From: an uncultured virus (IMG/VR IMGVR_UViG_3300042988_001938)
Lineage: Duplodnaviria; Heunggongvirae; Uroviricota; Caudoviricetes
IMG/VR virus record: IMGVR_UViG_3300042988_001938
Direction: 5' to 3' (one strand)
DNA length: 64,000 bases
Shown: piece after piece, positions 47,359-60,168 of the stretch
Numbering within the stretch: the stretch's first letter is position 1
Layout: each line of letters opens with the position of its first letter
Position numbers and translations under genes: made by a program
Notes under the pieces: model-generated
The model's database searches: none
What the model was told of the DNA's origin: nothing
Seen by the model: only the letters and a program-made list of their open reading frames with translations

Positions 47359-48609
47359 ATATCTTCCAGAACATAATTGTGCCAGGGTCGTTCCACTCTG
47401 CGAACCAACCATGCTTCTCCAGTAGGTTGTAAATCTCCTTGTGAACACCAATGATGTATCGCTTCTCCTTCGGGTCTTCTGCGTAGTACTCGAACAGGGG
47501 CATACCATCCTTTGCAGGAAGTCCATCTTCCCCAGAGGACCAAATGCCGCCCCCATATCCAGCTCTGAATTCTTCAGTAGGTCTCATGAACATATTTGGG
47601 TACTTCTCTCGAAGAATGTTCATTAGTTCGCCTCTCTCTGTTGCCATAACTTGTTTGTTTTCTTCTCTAACAACCAGAATCTCAAAAATCACAAAAACCC
47701 TATTGACAGGGCTTGTTTAGTTTCTCCAGTTCCAATTCTCTTTTCTTAGCCTTATACCTTTCTATTGCATTCTCACGCTCAATCTCCTTGGCTCTCTTTT
47801 TCATTTCTGAAAACCGAATACACTTAATACTGTCTATGTACTTGTAGTCACCGAAGTCATAGACATTCTCGTATTCATAAGAGGTAATAAGTGCGTATGG
47901 TGCTTCCATTTTCCTTTGCCTTTCTTTTACAAGGCTGTCATACTTTTCAGGGTTTATATATGGAAGCGGGAAATCGAACTCATAGCTGTTCTCCACAACC
48001 TTTTGAGTTACCTTTTTTTGTCCATATGGGTTATCTGGCTTAGAGAAAAACCACAACGGTATGCTAAAAATCCCAAAAATTAAAAAAATCCCAAAAATTG
48101 TTAATCTCACTGTTGGCTTCATATTAGTCTGTTTTCTTATCTAACAACTCGTTTCTCAAAAATCACAAAGCCCCCATCTGGGGGCTGTTGTTTATTTCTT
48201 ATTGAACAATTCGTTAAGTGCCTTGCGTTGGTCAATCTTCTGTTGAACCTCTTTCGCTGTTAACAGGTGTGCGAACTGCCAGTCCCAAGCATCACCTAGT
48301 GGTAGGTGGACAAGCATGAGTGGTCGCATGGAAGCTACCATGTACTGTGCATATCCGTCAGCTACTGGGAATTGAATAATTTCACCTGCGTTCTTGCCTG
48401 TGTATCCTCTTTCTGCCAGAAAATTCTTAACCTCCTTAATATAAGTTTCTTCCTGCTCTTCCCATGAACTTACATTCTGGAAATCGTAGTTTGGTTGTTT
48501 AACTTCTTCTGGTGCCGAATAAATTTTTGCTGCCATAATAAAAAAATGTTTTGCGTTATGAAACTCTAACAACCAGAATTTCAAAAATCACAAAACAATT
48601 TTTCTAATG

Positions 48610-48763
48610 TGGGTCATGAAGGAATCGAACCCCCAATTCAAAAGATGGCAATTAGCGCCAAGCCATCTCATATAAATCTGAACGCCTGCCTTCGTGAGAG
48701 CCTATTTCATATCCTTTCTGCAGTGGCTTATGCCTTTGGCTTTCCTTCAGGTGTCAATGACCC
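48610..48763 (-). ncRNA. 154-nt tRNA-like RNA (acceptor stem + T arm, large non-tRNA interior)
   Basis: GGGTCAT/ATGACCC-A closing stem; GGGGG-TTCGATT-CCTTC T arm. Confidence 0.6.
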
Positions 48764-51700
48764 GTTTTTTTCTTTCTTATTCTTAATAAGGACAGTTTCA
48801 GCCTCCTCAAGAGCTTTTCTCCATTCTGGGTTACCATGTTGCTGCTTCAGCTTGTATCCTTCGCTCACAAGCTTCTTAAGGGCTTTTTCCAACTGTTCCA
48901 TTGCACTATTAATCTTTTTTTATAATGTCAAGCAAGACATCTTCCTTTGTTTTTCCAGTAAGTATTGCCAAGACTGAACTTATTGTGAAAATGCTAAAAT
49001 CATCTTCACTTGGTTTCTCTGGGTTCTGACTTTTAATATGCTCCTTAGCATTATTAATCATCATTTTGTAAAGTTCATTTTCCATGACTACTTCTTTTGC
49101 ATGAATTCAACTTCTCCTGTAACCATCTCATGTCCGAAGCGAGCCTGAATTCGCTGTTTCAACTCCTCATCCTTCAGGCGTGTTCCTGTTCTTGCTCGAA
49201 GCGCAGAAAGGTTAACAAAACCAAACATATTGAATGTTGTGTTTCGCTTGAGGTCTTGCTCAATTGACTTTGGTAATTTCTTTTGCTTTTCCATGTTACT
49301 CTAACAATTGGTTTCTCAAAAATCACAGAGGGTTATATCCTCTCTGTACAATTTCCTCTGGGGAGAGTTCATCTCTTGCATCAAGAGTAATCTCAACGCC
49401 ATAAACAACCCACTCACTTCCGCAGGCATCGCAGCAATTCATTGAGTCTGGGGAATCGAAGTCTGGTCGAACGTATTGACTTCTGTTGCACACAGGGCAT
49501 TCTGAAGCATCCTCAACAACACTTCCATAAGGGAGTTCCTCATCGTCCTTAATTGACTCAAGGTTATCACCAAGTTCTCGGTTATCAAGCTTTGCCTGAA
49601 AGCCCTTATACGAGGCAGAAATGATTTCCTCATCGGTTGCGTTCTCATCTACAATGACTCTTGTCATCAAGGAGACCATTACAAGTTTTGCTACTTTTGC
49701 CATGTGTCGTGTTTTTTATAAAGTTAGAAATTTGGCTCTTCAACTGTTAACTCGTGGGTTTCCCAATTATAGTCAACCTTGTAGCCTTGACATTCCTTAT
49801 AAAGCTTGTCAGGGTATGAAACATTTGACTTGCCGAAGTCGGTAACAACAGCAGGACGAATGTCTTCAACTGGTGTCATACCACAAAGGTCAAGACGAAC
49901 CTCGTCAGGAGTAATAACCCCAAGAACCACCGCAAGCTCCTCTTTATCATTACCACCCTCAAGCCAAGTTTTTCTTTTAACAGCCACAACCTGTCCAACA
50001 ACGTAAGGGTTGTTCTCAGGTGTTCCACCTCCAAAGTACTCATCGTACTTGTATGGTGTATAATTTTTGGTATCTACAATTATTTTCATACTTCTCTAAC
50101 AACTCGAATTTCAAAAATCACAAATTAGTGCTTAACAAATCTGTCTTCATCCTCATAGAATGAATACATTGTCATGAACGTCTGAGAAATCGTATTCTCA
50201 ACTCTTGCCTCAATTTCAATTGAATAGCCATTTGGAAGCCATGCACGAAGAGTTGACGCTATTTGTCTAACTTGTGCCTTTAGCTGTTCCTCTCTGGTGA
50301 CTGTGAGTTCAAATTGAATGCTGGGCTTTGGGTTTGTTGTTGACTTATCAACTGAAAGACCCTTAACAATGTGTCCATTTTCATCATGAACCTGAACTTC
50401 TATGTGGTACGTTTGCTTTTCCATAATCATCTAACAACGCAAATCTCAAAAATCACAAACCTAGTTCTTCAACCGACTCACCCATCTCACAAGGGAATAG
50501 TTCCTGAATCTTTTTCATCAGGGAGAGTGTTTCTTCGCTCGACTGCTCTTCTCCACAATGCTGTGTGAACTCAATATGGTTCTTAATGAAATACTTTAGC
50601 TCTGCGCTTTCATTCTCTGTGCAATCAATTCCGCTTTCTTTTCGGGAAACAATCTTAGCTACAAGGTCATTGTTGAATAACTCCTGGTTCATCCCTGGGA
50701 ATCCCCAAATCCAATTCTCTTTCGCTCCGTCAAGGGTCATATAGCCCTCTTTCTCTAGTTGCTTGATAGCATCCTGAACTGCCTTCTTTCCGAATCTGGC
50801 GTGCCATTGACTTCCGTTCTTAACTACTTCCATGTCCTTAACTGGAACAATCCCGTTATAGTGCTTGTGGAAGAACATTTCTCGAATTGCGTTGCAAGCA
50901 ATCTGTGTCTTTGTTGGCTCGTTCATGGCTGTGTTACTTCAATAGCAATTAAACAAATCTCTGCGGCTTTCTCAGGGGTCATGTCAGGTACATTCCCAAT
51001 GTGTGTGTTGTATTTTCCTGAGTGTGGGTTGCAATCGAATTTCTTCTTTGCTTCCTCTACATTGTCAAATCGTGCAAACATGTTGTAGCAATACTGAACA
51101 TCTGTGCTAACATGAATGTCAATGTTTCCAACAACCGTGTCCAAGTGAAATGACCTGTGGCTGTCTATTGTTTTATACTCCTTTGCTCCAAGCTTAACTA
51201 AGCCTGCAACAAGCGTATCAACAAATCTTTGGCTTTTATTTTTTGTTCCCATGATACTCTAACAATTGAATTATCAAAAATCACAAATTAATTCCACAAT
51301 TTGGACAAGTTGTGTGTTCAGAAATTGAATTGATTTTTTGGTCAACAAAAGTTTTCTTATAGCCTATTGTGTGACCCTTCCATTCATAGAAGAAATGTTT
51401 TCCGTTTTCATCCTCGAAAATAGGTGAGGTTGTAAAGTGTCCTTCATGAGCTGGAATTCCTGTTTTCTTGCTGTGTTTATCAAGAGTTGACTTGACAAAT
51501 TTATTCATTTCACCATGGTTTCCATGATAGGCTCTCTGCTCTTTCGCTCCAATTAGTTTGTTTCCAAGAAAAACAGTAATCAGAAAGAAATTTGTGTCTT
51601 TTTTTGCTTCCATGAATCTCTAACAACTGAATTATCAAAAATCACAAAGAGGAACATTACTGTTCCTCTTCCTTGTTTTGTTCATACATAAATGCAATCA

Positions 51701-54700
51701 ATGTGTCCAAGTCCCAATCAGAAATATCAATTTCTTCTTTTCCGAATCCATTAAGCGCTCCAATACTTCCTTGTGGGTATTCCTCAACTTTCTTTTTAGT
51801 TGTTACAACAAGACGAATCAAGTAAGCTTCATTACCATCCCTGTGACCATTTGGTCTAAATTGAATTGAAATCAATGGCTTTAAACCATCTGGTTCATTA
51901 CGAGCATCAAAGTCTTCCTTTGTCTTCCAGAACCAAATACTTGTCTCGCAAGTTAAGCCAAAAGGTCCAAGTATTTCAAAACTATGAAAACCTTCTTTCT
52001 CAACAATTGCCTTAGCAATTGGTACAAGCAAGTTTCCAACCCAGCCGCTCTTATTTTCTAAACGACTTAATGAATTTTTTGCACGTTCTATTTGCTTCTT
52101 TTTTTTAGCAATTTTAATTGAAATTGTATCATTGCTATTATAAAGTTCTTGTATCATATTGTTTGTTTTTATAATACTCTAACAACTGGGTTTTCAAAAA
52201 TCACAGGTATTCTGCAAATTTTTCCTCAAGGAATAAACAAACATCTGTTTCAGGAAGTCTCACGTAGAATTCTTCAATTTCCTCTTCAAGTCTATTGAAG
52301 TTTTGACCATCCTCAGTAAGACATGATGTGTCGCCCTTATGCGAAAGTGCAATGTACTCCTTAACAAGCGGAATAATCTCTTCTTGAATGTACAAGGCAC
52401 GTTCTTTCTTCATGCGTGGTGACATCCAAGTTTCGTTGCCCTCTTGAAATTCTTCCATAATACCAACGAATGCGAAGTAATTGCCAGAGACAAGTTCAAG
52501 GTGGTCTTGTTCTTTTCGGTACATGATTACTTGTCCGTTCTCGTCACTTTCCTCAAAGTTAACGAAGAAGACGAATAATTCTGTTTCCATCGCTCTGAAG
52601 TATTTTCCAATTGAGCGAGTAATCGTCTTCTGTGTGTTCGGTATTTTGTTCTTTGTTCTCATGACTCTCTAACAACTCAAATTTCAAAAATCACAAGGAA
52701 TCAAAAATCGGCTTGATTGCAATGCAGTCTTCACGTCTCTCGACCATAATTTTTAGAGGTGAGAAGTCATTCTCAAAGACTTCGTGTGTGTTAATGCTCT
52801 CGTCAAGAACAACTGGCTTATACGTCTTATTAATACGTTTCCAGTTACTCATAAGGCTGTCAAGACAAATGCTCTCAAACTTAACAAGTGCAATGCTGCT
52901 GTCGAAGTTAAACACACTTGAGACTTGAACCCCTGCTTTTGTAAGGTACTTTACCTGACCGTTTCCAAGGTCTTCACCGTAGTTAATAATTGAGTTGTGG
53001 TGGACAATTTTTTTGCCTTGCTCGTTTTTCTTTACTCCGAAAATCGGCTGAGTAATTAAGTATGTGTTCTTTGTATCCATGCTTATCTAACAACTAGGTT
53101 TTCAAAAATCACAAACTTTCAATCCCAATCACAAAACGGTCTTCATCAAACTTAAATTTAACATTTCGTTTAATTTGACCGTCATTGGTTAGTAGAATGC
53201 CGCCCTTAAACACTAATCCTTCATCAATTCTGGACAACATTGTCTGACATTCATCGAACAATAAAATACCTAGAGGGTCATTCAGGTTCATGAAATTTTC
53301 CTTAAAGTGTTCAGAAATGTAGCTATCTGTCTGCGGACAATAAATGACGCACTCCTCATTTGGATGAGAATTTACAATAGCAACTGCCTCTTCTCTTGAC
53401 TTTCCAGTTGAGTATCCACATTGTCTACTTTTACTCTTAACTTTGTCAAAATATTCCTGAAGGTTTCTGTCACTCTTTTCTGTGACAAAAATTCCTATGT
53501 TGTATGTTCTTTCCATATTACTCTAACAACTGGTTTCTCAAAAATCACAATAGGGAGAATTCTGCAAATAACTCCTTTAGTTTATCTTCAATGTTTTTCT
53601 TGCTAAATGGTAGGGAGAAGCTAAAACTTTGCTCTTCACATCCATTCTCCTGCATGAATTCTAAATTTAGAAGGTCATCACCACCTGTTATTCTAATTCG
53701 CTTTGCTGTGCATCGAATGATAGGGCTATCAAGGTTCTTGTACGGCTCGTAAATTGGAAGGGAGACCCTATAGAATAGAATCCCCTTCCTTGTGTCTTTA
53801 ATCGACATCGTAGCCAATAAAGTTTTCATCGTTAATTAAGAGGTAGTAGTACCCGTTTCCGCAACCCTTGAACTCAAGTGAAAGGTATCCCATAATCCCA
53901 CCATCTCTTTCCTCAACACTTATGGTCATTTCATACCCTGCGAATGGAGCGGTTGAAATAATCGTTCCAACTGCCTGCTTGTTTGCAATTGCTTCACGAA
54001 GTCGCTGAATCGCTAAAGGGTATTTTTTCTCAATTCGACTTAGTGAAATAACCTTTCCGTCAATCTTGTTTCCAGTGGTAATTCTGAAGTTGTACAAAAT
54101 ACCGTACTCATTCTCTTTTTTGAATTCCTTGAACTCCTCAAGGGTTGGCAATTTCTTGCAGTCCTCAATCCAGCTATTTGTAAAAGTCGCCTTCTCAGCC
54201 ATTGTCTTGTACTTGCCAATAAGCTTGTATTCATCCTTTAGCTTTTGCTCTTCGTTTTTCTCCTTTACGGTATTGAATTTTACATACTGGTCGAAAAAAC
54301 TCAGCGGAACAATATATCCTTTTCTGCGACTTCCACGGGCGAAGTAACAAAGGTTATTGCAGCCAGAAATAAAGAAACGGTCAACTTCACCATTCTTTCT
54401 AACTCCTGAAATAATCTTCTTTTCTTTTACTGCCTGAAATAATTCACTTTGTTGCATAATTTCCTGTTTTGGTTACACTATTCTAACAACTGGAATCTCA
54501 AAAATCACAATGGCTTAAACAGTGTACCCTTTGGTGCATAGTTTGTCTTTACGAAACATTTGTTCAGTGCCCACTCAGCAATTCCTCTTTCTCGCAAAAT
54601 ATCCTTAACCAATTCACGGTGTTCAGGGAGAACTCGCATAGCCTTGGTCATGCTTGTGGTGTAGTTGTGTTCAGGGAGAAGCTTATGAATCTTCTCACCA

Positions 54701-56075
54701 GTCTTCGGTTCAAGCCCCTCAATCCAAACAACATAGTATTCAGGGTGAGACTCCACAACAAAGTATTTATGGTTAGACTCCTCCTTATGCTTTTCAAGCC
54801 CATCTGTGTATTCAACGGAGACTGTCTTTGAGTCTCCATCATATTTCCAAGAAAACTTTTCGCATTCTCCGTATGCACCGAAAATTCTAGTACCCTTTGA
54901 AGCGACTCTTGTTGTATATATACCAAGGTGAGGAATTAAGCCTGCAGAAGCCATTACCTTCAATATCAATTTCTTTGCAGCTCTCAGACTGCCCACATAC
55001 TTTGTGAAATCTTTTGATGTATCAATCTTTCCCATGACTCTCTAACAACTGGAATTCCAAAAATCACATGAAGTCTGCAATTCGGTTAACTGCAGGCGCA
55101 GGAACTCGCTTCGCCTTAAGTATAAGCTTGTTATGAACACAAACCAGCTCTGCAATGAACTTTTTGGTTCTTGCATTGGTGTATTCAGCGAACTCAATCG
55201 CATCACGCAAGGCAACTGTCTTGCTGTTCTCCAGTGCATACTGGAACAACTCATCTGTGTAAGCTTGGGCAGACCATCTATCTTCAGTCTCGTCCATCTT
55301 CTCAATGTAAGCTTTAACATCTGGACGCTGGTTGTACGCTTCGTTAATTTCTAACGCTCTGCTACGAGCATCCTCAGAATCAAACTGTTGCCAGTAGCGA
55401 CCTGAGCTAGTTTCCCACTCAACCGCAGGAACATCCCACTTGCCTGTTTCCTTATTGAATGAGTAATCTAGGTCTGAAACGAATTTAACGTACATAGTTC
55501 TTTTTGTTTGGTTACACTACTCTAACAACTGAAATCCCAAAAATCACAAGATAATCTTGCCGAGAAAATAAAAATTTGCGACCAGCAAAGCAGGTCTAAA
55601 CCTGCGGTCAGGCAAAAAGTATAAGGCAAGCTGGAGTCTACCCTCCGCAACAAACAAAGTTGTTGAGCCTGTCTCGGTCTCCCACCGACATAACTCTAAC
55701 AACTCAAATCTCAAAAATCACATGACCATGTAGACTTGGTTAATGTTTTCATTATTGTCTAAGTGAATTTCTAGTATATGGTCTTTGCTAAGGTCTGAAA
55801 ATGAAATAATCTCATCGTCAACCATTCCATGCTCTTCGTCCATTGCGTAGTCCTTAGACAATCGCATAAAGAATTGACCTTGACCTCCTTCGAATTTAAT
55901 TCTTTCAAATTCTTTGAGTTCTTTAATTGGCTTAATACTCTTAAGCAATGCCACTAATGCTCTGTGAAATTCTTTTGTTGCTATTGGTAAGTGTCCTGCC
56001 ATTATATTGTTTTTTGCTACACAGTTCTAACAACTGAATTCTCAAAAATCACAACTTCGTTGTTCGTGCCGAAGC

Positions 56076-56424
56076 AAAACAAAAAAGGGCCAGCTGCTAA
56101 AAACCCCTTAATAGCGCTGGCCCTAATTTCATGGTCCTCAAAACCCCTTAAGAGGACCAATAAATACGCTGCATGTTTGTTGCTTACGTATAGTATACTA
56201 TGCATTTCAGCTGTTTTAACCGCTCTTATAACATGTGCAGCGCTTGTGGACCAAAACCCCTTAAGGTCCGCAGCATAGCATGCATGATTATAATCAGCGC
56301 TGCATGGCCAAAACCCCTTAAGGCCTTTGCTTGCAGCTGTTTGGCCCTTAAGGACCATGCATGTATTAATCTTTCAAAGTACTTGGCCTGCTTAAGGCCG
56401 TAGGTCCATCGTTATGGTCCTTAT
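56076..56424 (-). ncRNA. putative sRNA with four hairpins bearing the identical loop UUAAGGGGUUUU
   Basis: Repeat promoter at 56431; loops at 56100, 56140, 56253, 56310; last hairpin followed by a U tract. Confidence 0.7.
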
Positions 56425-59400
56425 GTTAACCTAACAACTGCAATCTCAAAAATCACAGCGCTCTAAGTTTTATCGGTTCAACCTTGAAATCTCTGCCGTA
56501 CATCGAAACGTACATCACGGACCCGTTGGTCCACATTTCCTGAATCTCTTCATCTGTGTACTTGGACCACTGCTTCTCATAGTCTCGTTCTAGGCGCTTT
56601 TTCTCTCGTTCTGCAGCCTCAGGCGACTCAAACCCTATGTTCATATAGGTATGACGCTTAAAGTCCAATATAGAGAAGTATGTAAGCTTCCAAATTTGTT
56701 TCATTGTAAATTCATAAGGTCCTTAGCAACTGAAATAAAGAAAACATCTTCAAACCATTGCCAAATTTCAAACTTATCAGTACCTTTCTCAAACATAAAT
56801 CCTGTATGAGTATAGAAATTTTCATCTATTTCATCCTCTTCGTTTACTGGAACATCTCCTAGTTCATTCCAAAGACTAACAGCAACCTCCTTGCAATTAA
56901 GGTCATTACCAGCCATTCTCTTGCATAGAACTACAAACCTGCTGTCATCTTTACTCAAGAGTTCGTTCTTCTTATCTTCTTCGAAGTTATAAGAAACGCC
57001 TTTTCCAGTTGTATACTTGGTTAAAATTATGTTCTCCACGTAGTAAGTCGGGTAACCTGCAGAAGTATCCTCACATAGGTTAAAATGACGTACTGAACGA
57101 ATTATCTTATGTCCCTTTCTATTTGTTTCCATATTATTCAAATTCACTCCAATCACCTTTAATTTCAAACTCTGTGGCTATCTTGAAGAGTGTCCAAAAC
57201 TCATCCTTCTCCAGAAGAGAAAGTCTTCCTTGTACATTGTCTGGAGCAACCTCAAGAATGAACTTCTTATTCGTTCTCTCATTGAAGTCCAGAAGGTAAT
57301 AATACGCTCTTGCAGGTACAAGAGTATCATCAAGTAAACTTTTCATTCCGCTTTCTGTTCTCATGTTACTCTAACAACTGAAATCTCAAAAATCACAAAG
57401 CCCACCTCCAATGGAAGCGGGCTTGACCTAGTATCTTATTTAACTTCTTTAGTAGTTGACCACCCTACGGGGCTTTCCGTATCTGTGTACCGAGCTTCAA
57501 CGCTATTGCCTGACTTATTCGTTCGACCTGCATCGGGTTCGGAGCAACTTGTAAAGGTTTCATTATCAATATTCGAAATAGTATAGCTTGACGTTCCTGC
57601 TTGTATTCCGTAGTCAATTGGCACATCTACAAAGGTAATCGAATCATTATCAACACTCACCGTGACCGAGCCGTCCGTGACCAACGTGTCCTCCTGACCA
57701 CTTGTATAATTCACGGGACTGACCGCAACGTTTCCGAACTCAAAAATAACTGGCTGAATTTCCACCGAACTCACGAAAACCACGGGGCTTTCAATTCCAA
57801 TGTCGTAGACGACTTTTGTGGTGGGGCTGTCGTTGGCACTTGCCGTTGTGGTGAAACTCACCGTCAAAATCGCAATCAGCGAAAGTAATCCGAAAATGCT
57901 TTTCATTTTTCTTTTGGTTTTTTTGTTTTTGTGGGACTATTCCCGTTGTGTTCTCTTGTGCTTCGCACTTTGCTTTAGCAAAACTCTAACAACTCGATTC
58001 TCAAAAATCACAAGGTCTTATTTTCCAACCCACCTTTGGGTCTCACTTTAATTATCTGCCTTGTCAATCCTTAAGAAGCCTTGTCGTTACAAGTGCCTTA
58101 TATGTACCTCTAACAACTCGATTCTCAAAAATCACAGAGTTAGTCTTGACATCTTTGCATTGTCTTGAAGTTGTCTGTGTCGTAATCTTCAAGCAAGTAA
58201 AGAATATCGTCAATCACATCTTCCTCCAAGTCCTCGTATGGAAATTCATCCTCTGCAATTTCAGTCTCATTGTTGTATGTAACAACTCTGACATTATTTG
58301 CGTTGAATCCCTCAACAAGAGTGGACACGTTCATTCGGTTCGTTCCAGAACTGCTAATGCAAGGTGAATGGTCTGCTTCAAGCTCTGCAGTTGTAGTTGC
58401 CCCCCACTCTCCAATAATCTCCTTAATTCTGGAAATCTTGGCTGTCTTGGTGTCAACTTCTGGCTCAATTTCTGATAAAATAGAGTTCTTTAAAGTTTCA
58501 AGCAAGTCTCGACTTGTTGTCGTAAGTGTGTTTGCTGGGTTATCTAAAACCAAGCAAATAGTTTTTATTTGAGTTTCTTTATCCATGGTATTCTAACAAT
58601 TATTTTTTTAAAAATCACAGAGTTAGGTCTTTTGTATTACCTTTAGAATCAGTGGCAACTAATTTTGTCTTCCATCCCATTAAAGACGCTTTATCGGAGG
58701 CATCATTTAGACTTTCAGTCTTTAGTGCGCTATTGCCATCCTTATCGAAAACCTCGAAAGTAACTGGCACATTCTTGATTGGGTCAAATTTATTTTCCAT
58801 GACTCTCTAACAACCGATTTCTCAAAAATCACAATTTATTCTTCGTCAACACAATCACCACCACAAAGACTGCACTTTCCATCTTCATCTGGAAGAGCTT
58901 CGCTGTCAACATACTTCTGGCACATTCCAGAAATATGAATGTCGCTGCTGTCCAAGGAATTGGTGAAAATCATTGGCGCTCTGTCTCCGTGTTGCTGGTC
59001 AAGTGTTGCACTCATTTGAGAAAGTACATTATTAACTTCTTCTCGAATTGAATCTCTATCGCTAGAGAAAACATCGAATTGAATCTGGACTGTTACTGTT
59101 ACGTTTTTCATAATGCTCTAACAACTAGATTTTCAAAAATCACGCACCAAGGTCTTCGAGGTATTCACGAACATATTGCTCATCCTCTTTAGACAATTTT
59201 TTTAATTCTTCTTGGAACTGCGCTTTGAGTTCAAGACACTTGTCTTCATTACCATTTCTTAATTCTTCCTCAGCATCAAGAAAAAGTTGTATAATGTCTT
59301 CTCTTTTCATATCCTTTTTTTATCTAACAACTGATTTTTCAAAAATCACAATTAGTAAACAACTGTCTTCATCAATGAAAACTCGTTGTCGTCAACCAAG

Positions 59401-59733
59401 AAGCCATCCTTAACATACTTCGCCTTAACAGGAATTGTCTCACCCCAGTCTCCAATTCGGTCAATTGAAACTTCTAGTTGACCATCTTCTTCTGCAGAAG
59501 CTTCTTCCTGAATTGCTTTGCCCAACTTTGTGGTTAACTCGAAGTCATCTCCTGCGGTAATTACTGCAACTGGGTTGCCTTGGTAACTTACAATGTATGC
59601 TGTTTTTTCCATTTCAGTTTTGTTTGACACTCTAACAACCCAATTCTCAAAAATCACAAAAGCCCGCTAGAAATTCCAACGGGCTCTTGAGTAACTAAAT
59701 AAATAACAAAACAATATGCAATGACATTTGTTG

Positions 59734-59807
59734 TGTAGGGGGCATGGAGTTGAACCAGCGACACATCGGTGTTCAGCCGACTGCTCTACCACCTGAGCTA
59801 CCCCTAC
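59734..59807 (-). tRNA. tRNA-Phe(GAA), atypical (C37, bulged T stem)
   Basis: GTAGGGG/CCCCTAC; GTCGG-CT GAA CA-CCGAT; TATATTTG element just upstream. Confidence 0.8.
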
Positions 59808-59853
59808 ATAACCAAATATATAAAACCAGAATTAAAATATCAAGGGCACCAGC

Positions 59854-60072
59854 AAAAAAAAGTCCCAGGAAACACGACTAACCTGGGACAATTTTTATGG
59901 TTACCAAGAAACACGACTAACCTGGTACCTTTGTGGCACCCTGGAAACACGACTAACCAAGGTGCTCTGAAACTCTTTCTATGTGGGGCACCAAGCTCTT
60001 TTGCCTGGGCGGTTCCTGGTATCGACTTGTCCCTGTTTCCAGGGCTCGTCCTGGTTACCAGGGCTCCTTCCT
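59854..60072 (-). ncRNA. putative sRNA with three hairpins bearing the identical loop UUAGUCGUGUUU
   Basis: Repeat promoter at 60079; loops at 59870, 59909, 59945; stem mismatches are G-U on the - strand; ends in U8. Confidence 0.72.
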
Positions 60073-60168
60073 GGAACTCTAACAACCAGGATTTCAAAAA
60101 TCACATGGTACCAGGAGAAAACAAGAAGCCAGGAACATTGTCCTGGCTCTATTAGTATCTGGGGAGAA

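Larger units (their letters stand above)
47357..59612 (-). other. Cassette genes (47357-47647, 47700-48122, 48192-48536, 49088-49294, 49323-49703, 49724-50089, 50125-50424, 50453-50926, 50923-51252, 51281-51613, 51657-52157, 52201-52662, 52691-53080, 53109-53516, 53545-53829, 53798-54457, 54505-55035, 55064-55495, 55718-56002, 56453-56704, 56701-57132, 57134-57364, 57436-57906 secreted, 58140-58586, 58615-58800, 58836-59111, 59140-59310, 59352-59612)
   Basis: Mostly one or two ORFs per repeat interval; many start exactly 6 nt after GTTAG. Confidence 0.7.

Noticed and set aside
56017..56403. ORFs 56017-56358 (-) and 56200-56403 (+), and likewise ORFs over 59769-60155
   Set aside because: They arise from GC-rich hairpin repeats; atypical composition, better explained as ncRNA.
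43740..58098. 17-nt inverted match (16/17) between 43740-43756 and 58082-58098 as an sRNA-target pair
   Set aside because: A single instance; one such match is plausible by chance in a window this size.
56054..60150. Dense palindromic sites (GGCC, GGWCC, CTTAAG near 56.1-56.4 kb; CCWGG near 59.9-60.1 kb) as restriction-site decoy arrays
   Set aside because: Most sites are by-products of hairpin stems around conserved loops, and the promoter and U tract indicate an RNA function; not fully excluded.
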